64,000 nucleotides of DNA from Geosiphon pyriformis uo1 (taxonomy: Eukaryota; Fungi; Glomeromycota). The position numbers and the translations under genes were made by a program. Of the stretch, positions 1-14,215 are shown piece by piece. Position 1 is the first letter of the stretch. Every line of letters starts with the position of its first letter. Under the pieces are notes generated by a model that was not told the origin of the DNA, made no database searches, and saw only the letters and a list, made by a program, of their open reading frames with translations. The stretch lies in contig JAAOMT010000779.1 of NCBI GenBank assembly GCA_016748015.1, positions 124,001 through 188,000 on the forward strand. Direction: 5' to 3'.

Positions 1-1219
1 TAAACTTCAAAGATAATAATAATTGATATTCCAGGGGGTAAACTTGACGCAAGCTCACGAAAAATCCACTTTCTCATTCATCGATGGATTAACATCATTA
101 TTCTCGACCTCATTAAAATCACGTGATACAAAGGACACTATAACGACATCGATCCTTGCAAATCCAACAACCCCCATATCTACATCCTCTTCATCTTCAA
201 CTTCTCTGAACGACATTTATAAAATAATCAAGGATGTAATTAATATGCGTCACAAGGATGTTAATTCACACTTGGTTTTGATTTTTGACGATTTATCCGT
301 CTTAGTATACGCTGGGTATCCCGTGCGAGACATTATGGAATTTTTTAAGGCGTGTAGAATTTTGTGTGAGAAGGTTAGTGATACTACTATTGTAGTATGA
401 ATTATCGGGATTTGAGGTTTCTGGTAATATCTTAAAAATTCAAATTCATGGAGTTTTCCTTTCCTATTTTCTTACTAAAAGTACAACGGCTCATTGATAA
501 CCCTGATCCACGACGACCCTGAAGCCTTTTTATCAGAAGACACCACAAAAACCATTCCCGAGAATATCTTTATAAAATCATTACAATACCAATCAGAGTA
601 CATTCTTGCCGTACGTGGATTGGGAACCGGATTTTCAAGGGATGTTTCAGGAGAGGTAATTTGGATGATGTGATATTTTGTTTTTTTCGGTAAAATGATA
701 TGGAAATTCAAATTTCAATTGTTTTTGATTATTTTTGATCATCATAAAATTACTCGATGAAGCTTACCATCGCCAGAGGTCCAAGGAATTTTGATCGTAG
801 CTATCGTCCCAACACTTTACAGTACAAAATACTTGACAATAATGTACAATTTTTCGCGAGAGGATTTTCAAAAGGTGTTTTATGAAAGCCTGATTATGAC
901 AACCTAGAGGAAGCCGCAAAAGGTGAGCATAATCTGGTGATATATTTCAGAAATTATGGTTTTTTGACGACCGAGAAATGAATTTAATAATTTTTTCGCA
1001 TTTTGGGAATAATTAAACCAATAGTTTGATGCTTCGATCGATTGATTAAGGAATTAACCAAGTTCATTATTCATCCCTCAAACATACTCTCAAAGTTGCG
1101 GATAAAACAAATGATATAATTTAGTGTATTTATGTCAATAAATATTTGGCAATGTTTATATACTTCTATATACTTTACATACAAAATGAGTTGATGATTT
1201 CGAAAGGATATCATATACA
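1..1219 (+). repeat. Apparently identical copy of 2120-3338 (3' part of ELP6), ending at a scaffold gap
   Basis: Constant offset of 2119 nt; ORFs 23..400 and 2142..2519 are identical, as are 475..711 and 2594..2830; the copy ends exactly at the N run. Confidence 0.95.
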
Positions 1220-1239
1220 NNNNNNNNNNNNNNNNNNNN
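1220..1239. other. Assembly gap (20 N)
   Basis: Run of n characters. Confidence 1.
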
Positions 1240-1802
1240 CAAAACATTTGGAATGGCTCAGAGAAACCAAATCTATTTATTAAGTTAATTGAGAATTTAA
1301 ATTGATTGCTCCTACCATTTGTGATTGAATCTCTTGTATCCGATTGCTAGAATAGATTATTATAAGAGTTGGTAATATATTGTTCGAACAAAGGAGATGC
1401 TATGCCAATCATAACAAATGGATTTGTCCGATAAATTTTAATTTTTTTAAAACTTACTTCGAGGTGTACTGCTTAGCTTGTTGATCATTATAATACTAAG
1501 ATGATTATAAAGGTACAGCCATTTGCGTGGTTATTAACAAATAGAGGCAAAAAGCTTATTGAAATTATTAATAAACTTGAGCAATGTACTTTAATAAAAT
1601 TTGATACATGCGATTTCTGGGGGAGCTTGGTGTTCCGGGCGAGACATTGTAGTATGCTAAGTAACGGGTATCGTAAAAAAATTCAGACTGTAGATTTTAT
1701 AATGGGCCAAAAATTTTGGCCGCTCACGTGATTAATATAAATCTCAATTTATATCAAATTTCAGCCATCAGGATTTTTGTACCAAAATTCAATTGTTTAT
1801 AA

Positions 1803-3004
1803 ATGGGCTACGCAACGCTAGATGCGGCTCTCACATTTCCCATATCTACATTCATAACTTCCTCCCTCTCTTCCTTTTCGTCAACGACATTATCGGGTAT
1901 AACTCATCCACCAGCTGGTTCATCGATCTTAATTACTGATACAGCAGTTACATCTGGTGATTTTCTACTACATCATTTTATCGTGAATCAAATAAAATCT
2001 GGACGACATATTGTTCTCATCGGATTTGCTCAAATTGCTGGGCATTATATAGCGATTGGAAGAAAATTGGTAAGTTCATAGAAAATGATAATCCTCGGTG
2101 CAAAAAGGATTTGATCGTATAAACTTCAAAGATAATAATAATTGATATTCCAGGGGGTAAACTTGACGCAAGCTCACGAAAAATCCACTTTCTCATTCAT
2201 CGATGGATTAACATCATTATTCTCGACCTCATTAAAATCACGTGATACAAAGGACACTATAACGACATCGATCCTTGCAAATCCAACAACCCCCATATCT
2301 ACATCCTCTTCATCTTCAACTTCTCTGAACGACATTTATAAAATAATCAAGGATGTAATTAATATGCGTCACAAGGATGTTAATTCACACTTGGTTTTGA
2401 TTTTTGACGATTTATCCGTCTTAGTATACGCTGGGTATCCCGTGCGAGACATTATGGAATTTTTTAAGGCGTGTAGAATTTTGTGTGAGAAGGTTAGTGA
2501 TACTACTATTGTAGTATGAATTATCGGGATTTGAGGTTTCTGGTAATATCTTAAAAATTCAAATTCATGGAGTTTTCCTTTCCTATTTTCTTACTAAAAG
2601 TACAACGGCTCATTGATAACCCTGATCCACGACGACCCTGAAGCCTTTTTATCAGAAGACACCACAAAAACCATTCCCGAGAATATCTTTATAAAATCAT
2701 TACAATACCAATCAGAGTACATTCTTGCCGTACGTGGATTGGGAACCGGATTTTCAAGGGATGTTTCAGGAGAGGTAATTTGGATGATGTGATATTTTGT
2801 TTTTTTCGGTAAAATGATATGGAAATTCAAATTTCAATTGTTTTTGATTATTTTTGATCATCATAAAATTACTCGATGAAGCTTACCATCGCCAGAGGTC
2901 CAAGGAATTTTGATCGTAGCTATCGTCCCAACACTTTACAGTACAAAATACTTGACAATAATGTACAATTTTTCGCGAGAGGATTTTCAAAAGGTGTTTT
3001 ATGA
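1803..3004 (+). CDS. ELP6: Elongator complex protein 6 (4 exons: 1803-2069, 2154-2492, 2601-2774, 2882-3004)
   Basis: GT-AG splicing gives GDFLLHHFI...HYIAIGRKLGVNL...LIFDDLSVL...VRGLGTGFSRDVSGEL...YKILDNNVQFFARG, the Elp6 RecA-like signature. Confidence 0.9.
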
Positions 3005-3688
3005 AAGCCTGATTATGACAACCTAGAGGAAGCCGCAAAAGGTGAGCATAATCTGGTGATATATTTCAGAAATTATGGTTTTTTGACGACCGAGAAATGA
3101 ATTTAATAATTTTTTCGCATTTTGGGAATAATTAAACCAATAGTTTGATGCTTCGATCGATTGATTAAGGAATTAACCAAGTTCATTATTCATCCCTCAA
3201 ACATACTCTCAAAGTTGCGGATAAAACAAATGATATAATTTAGTGTATTTATGTCAATAAATATTTGGCAATGTTTATATACTTCTATATACTTTACATA
3301 CAAAATGAGTTGATGATTTCGAAAGGATATCATATACAGGTGTACAAATGGTTGAAGTCGTGATGCACTTTATAAAAAAGACGGAAATACGCATGAGGGG
3401 AATCCAATTGGAAACTTGGAGGGGCAAAAAAAATACTTGGAGAAATCAAAAAGAAATTTATTATCTGATCTAGATTTAAATAAGATCAAAATTCCGCAAA
3501 TGAAAGAAAAGGTGGTACAATGAAAAATATACAATCTATTTGGTTGCTCCAGGCTGATGTGATGATAGGATTTCAATCCTGCGTTTTTTGTTGAAAAAAG
3601 TTCCAAAAACAAACAGATAATGATATTTCAATTTAAAAAGAGGCACAAATATAAAAATATAAAGAAACAGTTCGAGAGAAACGAATTT

Positions 3689-5931
3689 TCATGGTGCTAC
3701 ACTTGTTCCATCGACCCATTTGACCACCCTTTGAGATAAATGTTCGCGCCATGATAAAAATTCACGCCTTTGTCTTGGTTTTGCAACACCCCATAGACCA
3801 ACCCAAACTCGTTTACCCACCCAACACATCCTTTCCCAAATCAGAATAGTGCCATACGCTATGAGTGGCCATACGACCGAGAAAAATAGGAATCCGACGA
3901 AAAATACTTCCCGAGAATTATGTAAGTCCAATAATCCAAATTTTCGGATATAATGAACAGTAATTACGGAGTAAGAAATATCGAAAGTCACAAAGAGGGC
4001 AGTAGCCACCAACATTTTCCATGTGGCTATTACATCTCGACCAGGCCATCGAGTAATTGCTAATGAATTATCGTCATATAACATGGCATTTTCTCCTTGT
4101 TTCTTGCCCACATAACGTGCGACGAAACCAATAGGCGAGAATAAAATGAATCCAGGGATCATTGCTGTGAAGAGGAATAAGAATAATGGAAGGTAGAGTA
4201 ATAAAGAGAGAGGAGTTGTGGACATGTGTGGTGGTGAAAGACGTTTGGCGCGAAGAATTTGTGCATATGAAACAATATCGCGTTTCAGACGATGAGCTTC
4301 ATCGGTTGGGGGAGTGGTGGATAAATATTTCTAGATAATATTTATAATTATTTGTGAGCATATTAAAAAATCACATCGATAAGACGGAGAAAGTTCACCC
4401 ACCTTGGCTATCCTTTTTAACAATGCTAACTTTTCACCAAAATTTAAATCGTGATCCAATTTGTCTCTGAAAAGACGTGATGCAGTCTTAAAAAATAAAA
4501 GGGTATCATAATCGGGTGCATTTACAGTTAAATCCAACAAGGAGGAATGGATGGTTTTTAGTAATTCTTGACAAGCTATTTTTAGTTGAGGCCAAAGAGA
4601 ATGTGAATAAAGGTACTGCTTGGATTCAACAAAAATAACATTATTTTAATTTTTGAATAAGAACCAAGATTCATACCTGCCCTTTTTCCGGCACCGCCTT
4701 GCCTATACAATTCGATTAACCTCTCCTCTACTTCTATAGTGGAACCAACGTTTACAAACACACGACTTCTGAACCTGTGGCGGTTAAAGAAATTGACACC
4801 ACATGGGACAATTTTCAGTGTTCTTTTATTGCCAGCCGCATCAGGTTCTTTGGAGGCCAAATATCCTAATGCCATGACAGCACATCCATATTTCAAGGAT
4901 AACATATGCTCAGAATCGTGTGATATCCCTTCGGGGAAGATTGCCACACACCTTGATCGCGAAAAAATGTTGTAGACTGCAGAGTATATTTCTGAATGAG
5001 GTGGCATGTGCGTATAAGAATAAGTTGTTGGAATACTAGGTACCCGAGGGAACCTTGGTGGTATGATAGATGACATTTTACTATGAGTACTACTTTGAGA
5101 AGATTGACGTGAGTGATTTGCCCTAGAATTACTCGGATTTCCAGTTGCTATCAAGGGAGTTCTTTCGTTAGCTAGCAACCAATTAGGTGGCGATTGAATA
5201 GTATCGGAAGGGTCTGATTGATGAAAGATTGGAAAGGCAATCCTCCCAGGTGATGTGGATAATCGATCGATGCTTTTACTTACAGCTCTAGGGATTAGAT
5301 TGAGACCTTGAAGAGTTCTGTATGTATTGCCTCGTTCCACCCTAATAACTACACTTCCATATTCAACAAGACGTCTTAATTTTCCCTTTCGTCTTCCTTT
5401 AGTGAGCCATTTCATTCCAGGATCTTTTAGACGGATCCTATGTTGATTAAGTATCTCTTCAACTGTTCCACAAGCTTCTTTTAATACTTCATTGTCACCC
5501 GGGCCTTCAAACTCCACGTATAATGTATCGCCAACTTGCACAATTTTCCCAATATTTTCTCCTTCAACTGTTTTTCCGTCTTCCAAGACTTTTACAAAAC
5601 CATCACCATTAATTCTTTCCACGTCCTGTGGTCTGGTTACGGGAATAGCGCCCAATAAAGAAATTATAGTTCCAAAAATTGGATAGTTGAAGTTTGACTT
5701 TGCACTTAAGAAATAATGATTTCTGGGACAGGTCACGAAAATAGTGATGGCATCCATTAAGAAGTTACCGTGTGGAGCAGCAACAAAAAGCACGGGAGTA
5801 CCATCATCCTTTGGAAACTTTTCCGAAGATAAAGCACCATGGTCACGATAAAAAACATGAAAAATCAATTTTGCAAAGAATCTTATTATCCAGTATGCAA
5901 TAGCATGTAATATATCAATTAATGAAGACAT
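3689..5931 (-). CDS. Glycerol-3-phosphate/DHAP sn-1 acyltransferase, fungal Sct1/Gpt2 family (spliced; introns near 4576-4677 and 4331-4400)
   Basis: Motifs APHGNFLMD (cf. APHANQFVD), IPVTRPQD, IFPEGISHD, IVPCGVNFF..HRFRSR, LTVNAPDYDTL, GRDVIATWK, plus C-terminal hydrophobic helices. Confidence 0.9.
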
Positions 5932-7909
5932 TTTTTTTTTTATTGAATTTCTTCCAAGAAGGATATTCCTTTCATATGAAAAGGATCGAAGTGAAATAAA
6001 AAGAAAAGTAATAAGAAAAGCTTATATATATATATATATTATATAATATTTTTTAACCCCGTAAAAATTTTAAGCAAGAGTAATAAATGAATATATATTA
6101 AACTTGAAAAAATGTTTGTCAATAGACGATAGAGCAACATTGCGTAAAGTAAAATGAAACCCAAATTTAGTTGATGACATGGTGTCACGTTCTAATAGTG
6201 TTAAACTCCTGTTTGGTCAACTTGGTGTGCTAGATCGAAAACAATAGGAAGACTAGGGTCTTTAATATTTTTTCGATTAGGCTTCATATTCGATGTCAAT
6301 TCCAGCTTTTTTTTTTTGAAGCTTTTTTTTTTATTTCGCTTTTTAAAAGATACAAAGAAACATAAGTCTAGAATCTTTAAAATAAAAAGTAAAACGCGTA
6401 GTAATTTAGGTAAAATATTTGATTTTCTCATCAATTTCCTTTATTGAACTAGTCAGAAAAGATATTTTCAATTTCTTTATAGTTTCAAAAACTCATTTTT
6501 GCTGTTCAAATTAATTTTTTTGTCCTATCCGACTTCGGGTGGATCCTGTTTGGCGTTTATCTTTTGCGGAAAATTTCAGTATGACCAAACTAAGGTATAA
6601 TTTATGAGGCACATGTTAATCAAACTTTTGCGACACTATTCCTTGTCTTCTAAACAAAGCAAACATGCATTGTTAAAAGCTGATGATAATATCATCGATT
6701 TTTTATCATCAATTTTGATACAATGGAAGATTTTTTTTTTTTTAACTGATAAAATGGGTAAAATTGATTTACCTGAACATTTTTTATTTTTTATTGTGAA
6801 AGTAAAAATATTTTTAAATTATAGTTATTTAAGAAAATAAATAAATAAATAAATAATCATTTGTGATTTTTAATGAATTAAATTTTTATTATTTTTTATA
6901 ATTTTTTATAAAATAATTTTTCAAAATATTTAATTATTTAGTTTCCGAAAAAATAAATTACTTAAAATTAAAGATGAAAATATATTTTATTATTATTATA
7001 AAATTAATTACAATTTAATATTAAAAAATTAATAATAATAATAATTAAATAAAAATATTTATTAAAATTAAAATATTTATAATAATAATAATAAATTATT
7101 TAAAATATATTTTTTTTAAAACATAAAATTATTTATAATTGTAAAAATTTAATAATAAAAACTTGATTTTCAAATTATTTTTTATCAATAATAATTTTTT
7201 CATCAATAATAAATAAAAATTTTGATTTATTACAATTTAATAATAAAAAACCATTTATAATCAAAATTAAAAGTAATTTCAAACATTTTTTATAAAAAGA
7301 TAATTAATTGTAATAAATAATTTAAATAAATTTGGTTTGCTTATTGAATTATTTGAGCAAAATTTATATTGAATTATTTGAAAAAATTTAGCAATTTAAA
7401 ACCTACACACACAAATAAAAATAAATAATGAATTATAATTATTTTAATTATATAATTAATAAGCCTCACTCGTTAAATAAAAAAATATTAATTTATTAGA
7501 ATTAAAAGATTTTCAGCATAAAAACTTCTAATAATATGAATTATCATTAATATTTTTAATTTGTATTTATAAAAATATCCACATTATAAATTTTTATTGA
7601 CTAATAAAAGTTGTTCAAAATCTATTAATTATTATGACGAGAATTAGATTTGCGGGGTACAATAGCTAATCCTATGACAATTAGTTTATTACTAATCGGT
7701 GTTTTGATCGAAATAACCTCAGATGCTCAGTCGGGTAAAGAAATGTAAAGTATCCATTTTTTCGAAACGCAAATTGAGCGCGGAGTTGAGCCCATTTTGT
7801 AGATGGTAAACTTTTTTGGCCCCTATCAAAATTTAGCCTAAACTAATAATCGTAACAGTAGAGTAATAAATAAGTTTTAAGGAGGCTCATAACTCAATTA
7901 CTTAATTCT

Positions 7910-9469
7910 TCATTCGACATCGTCATCGGCATCGCCATCGCCGAATAGATCAGCATCATCAGGATCATCACCGCCTTCTTCATGATACTCTTGCCCATCA
8001 GAATCTTCTTCATTTTCTCTATCGATCAAAGCGGCAGATGCCTCAGGTGCAATCGTATCATTTACATTGTCAGCGTCAACATTATACTCCGTCTTTAGGT
8101 GATAACAATTATTATAAGAACCACGTTTATCCAGTATTGCAATTTCTGTGAGTACCTCTTTGAGATAAGACTATAAATATGTAAAAAATTCTTAATCAGA
8201 GTAGAATTCAAAAATTCATTGTGTAGCTGATCCCAATTGACAAGAGACTAGTACCTCTGGTTGCTTCACATAATCTTTGAGACCTTTTAATGTCCAATAG
8301 GCATATTGCTCAAAAGCGCGAAACAATAAATCGAGAAGATCGTCTTTTGGCATACGCGTTGTCTTTTGTTCCATTGGAACTTTTACTTTCTTGGGCTATT
8401 TTTTATTTTAAAAAAAAAAATTTAATTACATTATTTTGTGGTCGAGGTAATTTCAATGATTGGAATCGAACTTCCAAGACGCTTCTTATTACCACTAGGT
8501 CACCGAATCTTGTTATAGCATTCATGTTTGTACCAGCATCATCAATCATTTTAATAGGTCGTTTAGGTTGCCCCGCCTGTATTGTTCTCTCGCGTAACTT
8601 TCTGCTATAATCTGTACCCTGAATTGGTGTAACAAAACATTGGTGATGAATTGTGGCCTGCATAGAAACCGCTGAGAAAATTCACAGAATAAAAATTAAC
8701 TAGCTATTTTCTTAAGGAGTAACCAAGCCTCAAGTAGAAAAATCATGGGTACCTCCTGTTTCTTTATCATTGCTATCTTTTTTTTCATAAAAGCTATAAG
8801 AATCTTTGAGATCTGGGTTGGTTATGGTCAAATCATATTCTTTGGGGATATCCGCATGGGCATCAATATCCGATAAAAGTAACTTGATCTAAAATTATTA
8901 AAAATTAAATTGTGTTACAAAAAAGAAAAACAGAGAAAGTCTCGGGAAATAAGAAATTTAGTACTTTGCCAGGTGTTGAGCTACTGTTAATTCCAACAAG
9001 AAAAGTCAGTTTTAAACTTGAATCTTTTATGAAGAAATAAAGATTTAAGTTTAATTCTGAAAGTTACTCTTGTTCATATATTCGCACAAATCCCAAGTCG
9101 TTATCTTCTCGTTCTTGGTTAAGCCACCTTTCAGAGAGAAACTTTGGAAGCTGGAAAAGGTGAAGAAGAAAAGTATGGTTTGAAGAAAAATGTGGTTTGA
9201 ATAAAAGTGTGGTTTGAAGAAAAATGTGGTTTGAATAAAAGTGTGGTTTGAATAAAAGTGTGGTTTGAAGAAAAGTGGTTCAAAACAGAGTGAATTTTTA
9301 AAACCTTGACTAGCCAAGCTTTGGTTCCAATATTTTTGAGATCAAGGTCGTCAGCTTCTTCGTCATCCTCCTCGTATTCGAGATCAGAAGTAGGTTCAAG
9401 TGGTACTTGTTTAGGTGAAACAAGCCCATCTTCATCACCATACTCTTCCTCCATCTTTAAATATTCCAT
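7910..9469 (-). CDS. TFG2: Transcription factor IIF beta subunit (RAP30), multi-exon
   Basis: Spliced AWLVK|LPKFLSERW; C-terminal winged helix YAYWTLKGLKDYVKQPE|SYLKEVLTEIAILDKRGSY; acidic tail ending in TGA at 7912-7910. Confidence 0.9.
9174..9281. repeat. 17-bp minisatellite (TGTGGTTTGAA[TAAAAG/GAAAAA]), about 6 copies, in TFG2 intron 1
   Basis: Directly visible tandem units of two alternating variants inside intron 9151-9304. Confidence 0.9.
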
Positions 9470-10761
9470 AGTTGAAAATGGAAATGAGACGAAAAACGTT
9501 ACGATGACGAGAAAGTTTTTTTGTTCAAAATAGGCAATTGATTGCTATAATAGGGGGGGGGGGGAGGGAGTTAGGAAATAAAATTTTTGTAACACAAACT
9601 AAAAAAGCACATGATTTAAAAATTGGCTATTTGAGTTTTTTCACAATTATCATCATATATTGGTGAATAATAATAAAAATTTATTTATAATATTTTATTT
9701 TAAAAATGACATTTTTAGGTATATAATTATTTTATGTAAAAAATAAGATACAAATATATTTTATAAAATTAGTTAAAAAAAAATTTTTTTTAAAAAAAAA
9801 TATATTTAAATTTATATTTATGTTTTATTAATATGTATTATTTTTAAAACTATTTTATAAATATTAATTTTAATATTATTTTTGTTTATTAAAATAATTT
9901 TAAAATAAAAAATAAATAAAAAATAAATATATAAATATATAAAAATTAATATTAAAAACTATTAAATTAAAATATTGATTTAAAATATTAGTAAAAAATT
10001 AAAAATACAAAATTTATATAATAATTTAAAATATAAGAAATATTTTTTAATATTTTTTGTTATTTTAAATTATTTTTTGAAAATTTTTAATATATAATAT
10101 ATATATTGTTTTAATTATTTAAATAATTTATTATATACAAAAAAAATATATATATAAGTTATATTTATTTTAAAATATATATTTTATTTATTTATTTATT
10201 ATTTAATAAAATAAAACAAAAACAAAATAAAATATTAATATATATATTCAAAAAATTAAATTAAATTTATAATAAATATAAATATTTTTTATTTTATAAT
10301 TATGAAATAATAATTTTTATTAATTTAAAAATTTTATTATGTATTTTTTAAAAATTAATTATATAAAAATGTAAATTAAAAATTTTTTTATAATTAATAC
10401 AGTTTTTTTTTTTTTAATAAAATATTATAAACCATATTATGTAATAATTAAATTTTATTTTAATAATATAGTTTATTAATTTATATATATATAAAAATAA
10501 AAATAAAAATAAAAATAATTTAATCAATTATTAAAGTTAAAATATTAATAAAATTATAATTTTATAATTCAATTATTTTAAGCAATCATTCTCAGAGTAT
10601 AAAAAGTTTTATCCATTTTTTTCTAATGTAATTAATAAAGACAAAGTAAAAAGAGAAATTTGTGTTTCAAAAAAAATTTAATCCCATAACAAATACTCAC
10701 TCACATTACTTAATTATTTATGACTTAGTCATACTTGTTTTCTCTCAAATAATCAAACCGA

Positions 10762-10857
10762 TTGTTTGTGTGTGTGTTTGTTTGTTTGTTTATATGTTTA
10801 TATGTTTGTATGTTTGTATGTTTGTATGTTTGTATGTTTGTATGTTTAGTTATTTGT
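10762..10857. repeat. Compound GT/GTTT/GTAT microsatellite
   Basis: tgtgtgtg, gtttgttt and tgtatgtt runs. Confidence 0.85.
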
Positions 10858-11255
10858 TTTTCTTGATGAATAAGAAAAAAGGTACATTTAGATAACGAGT
10901 GAAAAGAATGATAAAATTGAAACTTTTGTTGTTATAAATTTTTAATTCTTTTTATGAATACTTAACTATTAGTATTCTGTTTAATATAGAATGGAGATTA
11001 AGGGAATTGGGAAATGTTTTTGCGAAAGAAATAAAGTAAATGTTCAAGTTCCTCTCATTCCCAAGATCAGATCTTAATTCTATATTAAACTGTGAACGTG
11101 CTCCCCGGGCAAGGCTTTTAACTCATGCGATGATGTAACACGTGTTTTTTTTTTAACAAGATATTCTTATTTTCTAAAAGGTGACCGCCAATTATCAGTG
11201 TTCGAACAAAAGTTACTAACCATAGTAGTGAAATTTTCAGAGACCGTGCGTTCCC

Positions 11256-11402
<147 letters not shown>

Positions 11403-11423
11403 TAATAGCTTTAATTGATAAAA

Positions 11424-12452
11424 ATGGAAAATCAACAAATCGCCTCAGAACTTCATACTTCAGCGCGAAAATATTATCGGTTGCTTTGTCTACAAGGTTT
11501 ATATCATTGTGAAGAAAAAAATAATTTATATATATATATATTAATGATTTTGGAGCTTGTTGATTTTGTTTTTTTCAAAGATAAAACTAAAAAAATTGTT
11601 TATTTTATTTAAAACAAAAAGTGGCTAGATATCTCTCATATATTGGTCATACTTTTGAACCATATACAACACAAAACGAAATTCTTAACTTGGTAAAACC
11701 TACCTCAACTGGTTTCACCATTTTACACTTCCCAAAAAATGGTGGTAAACGTGTATGTCCAATCTCAAAATTCACCAGAGTAGATGGACTATACGTAGCC
11801 TATGTTGGACATTTACAGAAAGAATTATCAGATGTGAAACGTTTCTTTTCTTATTATCATCATAGTCCTGCGTGTGATCGACTTGGTGTTGGAGTGGCAT
11901 TCGCATTACCACCATCATCATCATCATCATCATCATCTACCACCACAAATCATAAGGATAAGAAGAAAGCTAAACTAGATAGCGTCTTTGGTAATGGGGA
12001 ACGAGGTGCACTCACGTTAGCCGATTTGGTTACCGCTAATTGGGTGGCTCAAAAAATTGAATTGAATTATGTGGATCCTTTAAAAGAGTATTTGAATGTT
12101 ATTTTAGATAAAGAAAATGGTGAATTCATGGAAGTTTTTGTGGAAATTGGTGAGTTTATAAAAGAATTTGAAAAAAAGTCGTTTTTGTTTTTTTTTGTTG
12201 TTTTTTTTTTGTTGTTTTTTTTGTTGTTTTTTTTGTTTTTAATCTCCTCACTCTCTTTATTTCAAACGCCGTACTGATTTATCATAATCAGCAGAAGACG
12301 ATCCGATATCGACCGAGCCAACATTTGAAGACGTAATGACGTTATGGATTGCTGTAGTAATCTGGGGAATTCAACTAGTAACCACCGGGTTGGTTCATCG
12401 AAAAACTGCCTCACGAATAACCGACAAACTATACACAATAATGCAAAAATAA
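11424..12452 (+). CDS. Hypothetical protein (exons 11424-11496, 11622-12149, 12292-12452)
   Basis: Phase-consistent GT-AG introns join MENQQIASEL... to VARYLSY...VEI to AEDDPIS...TIMQK*; family not recognised. Confidence 0.7.
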
Positions 12453-12827
12453 TAATCATTAAAAATTGTTTTGAATTCAATCGATCCAAATTTATCAGTT
12501 ATCAAATTCCTCATCTCACAATGAATTGTTTCATCATGATCAAATCAAATGTTCCGAGATCATGATCAAATCAAAAGTTTAGCCTTCAATTCAAACAAAA
12601 AATATTAATTGAGAAAATTTTCTGAATAGTATGACTAAAATATGTTTCAAAAGATTGGATGAGTAGAAAAGTGAGTTTCTAGATATTTTTGTTTTATCTG
12701 TTATTATATCTGAACTAGTATTATGAATCAAAATAACAGATTCAATAATATGTAAAAAAAAAAAAAATTTTTTTTGGAAAATAATGAATTTGTGAAATAT
12801 TCTTTTTTTTTTTATGGTTTAAAAATC

Positions 12828-12866
<39 letters not shown>

Positions 12867-13708
12867 TCGAAAAAACATTAATTAAAAAGAATTATAGTAT
12901 AAATATTATAAAAAATTATGTAATTTATATATTAAATTATTTAAAATTTATAAAATTTAAATATTTATTAATTATAATTAATTTTTAAAAAATAAAAAAA
13001 ACAATTATTTTTTTTCTTATTGTTTTTAATAGTTTTAATATTCACAAAAAATATATATATATATATTTTTTTTTTGTAAATATTAAAACAAATAAATAAT
13101 ATTTAAGCATTACCAAATGCACTATTAAAAACAATATTATTAAAAAACAGAAAAAAATATATATATAATTTTTAATGTTTATTTTAATTAATTTAATTAA
13201 ATAAAAATTGTATACAAAAATGTATTTTGTTTTATTTTGTTTTGTTTTCAAAACAAATAATTATTAATTATTATTAATATTATTATTAAACGAAATTTGA
13301 ATTATTAATTAACATAAAATTATTTTTATAATTATATTATTAAATAATATATTATATTGTTTTTATTTTTATATTTTATTATTTAATTAAATTACAAAAT
13401 ATTATTATTTAGTTAAATTATAAAATATTATTATTAAAATAATTTGTTATTTATTGAAATATTATATATTTAATTTCTTAAAATATTAACAAAAAATAAA
13501 AAAATATTAAATTTATTTATTTATTTATTTATTATTTATTTATTTATAAAACTATAATATTAAAAAAAAAAAATAACCAAATAATTTTATTTAAAAAAAA
13601 ACAAATTAAATTTTATATATATTAATAAATTTGTTAATTTGAATTTTTAAATAAATAAATTATCAAATAAATTATTTATTTGTTTATTTATTTGATTTTT
13701 TAATATTA

Positions 13709-13797
13709 GATGGCTGATCACATGATAAAATTACATAAATAACACTTATTTTAAAGCATAATAAAGGTTGGGTCACACTTGTTAATGCAAAAAAAAA
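13709..13797 (+). mobile_element. Short relic of a LINE 3' end with A tail
   Basis: ggctgatcacatg...ggttgggtcacacttgttaa-(A)9 resembles the 3' end of the LINE at 35200-35320 (ggttgatcatgtg...ggttaggctgtacttgttaa-A tail). Confidence 0.5.
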
Positions 13798-13855
13798 TTA
13801 TCAAGTATTTAAAAAAGTGGTTTTAACAAACTGAATTTATTTATTTATTTCAAAA

Positions 13856-13882
13856 TTATTATTATTATTATTATTTTTATTC

Positions 13883-13941
<59 letters not shown>
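13856..13941. repeat. (TTA)n microsatellite
   Basis: Long tta run; similar (AAT)n runs at about 12829-12860 and 15163-15199. Confidence 0.9.
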
Positions 13942-13942
<1 letters not shown>

Positions 13943-14215
13943 TTAAAGTTTAAACATATTTTATAATTTATTTTATAATTTAAAAAAAATTTATATTTTT
14001 GAATTTTAAAATAAATTATTAAATTTGATATACATATTAATTATTTAATGTGTTAATATTAGATTTCTTATGCTTATCATTATACAAACTCAAAAAAAAA
14101 AAAAAACCAAGTTTGGCTAATTTGATCACCGTTATGATTATCATGTGATATGCCTGACATGAGACTATAAAAATTGAAGAGATTTTTCTTTGCCAATCTT
14201 TTATCCACGGCAAAA

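Noticed and set aside
7399-7485. CCTACACACACAAA match to the Gypsy LTR and a LINE-tail-like cctcactcgttaa
   Set aside because: Too short and low in complexity to call as relics without an alignment statistic.
9174-9281. CRISPR-like array
   Set aside because: Contiguous tandem units with no unique spacers, inside a spliceosomal intron, and no cas genes.
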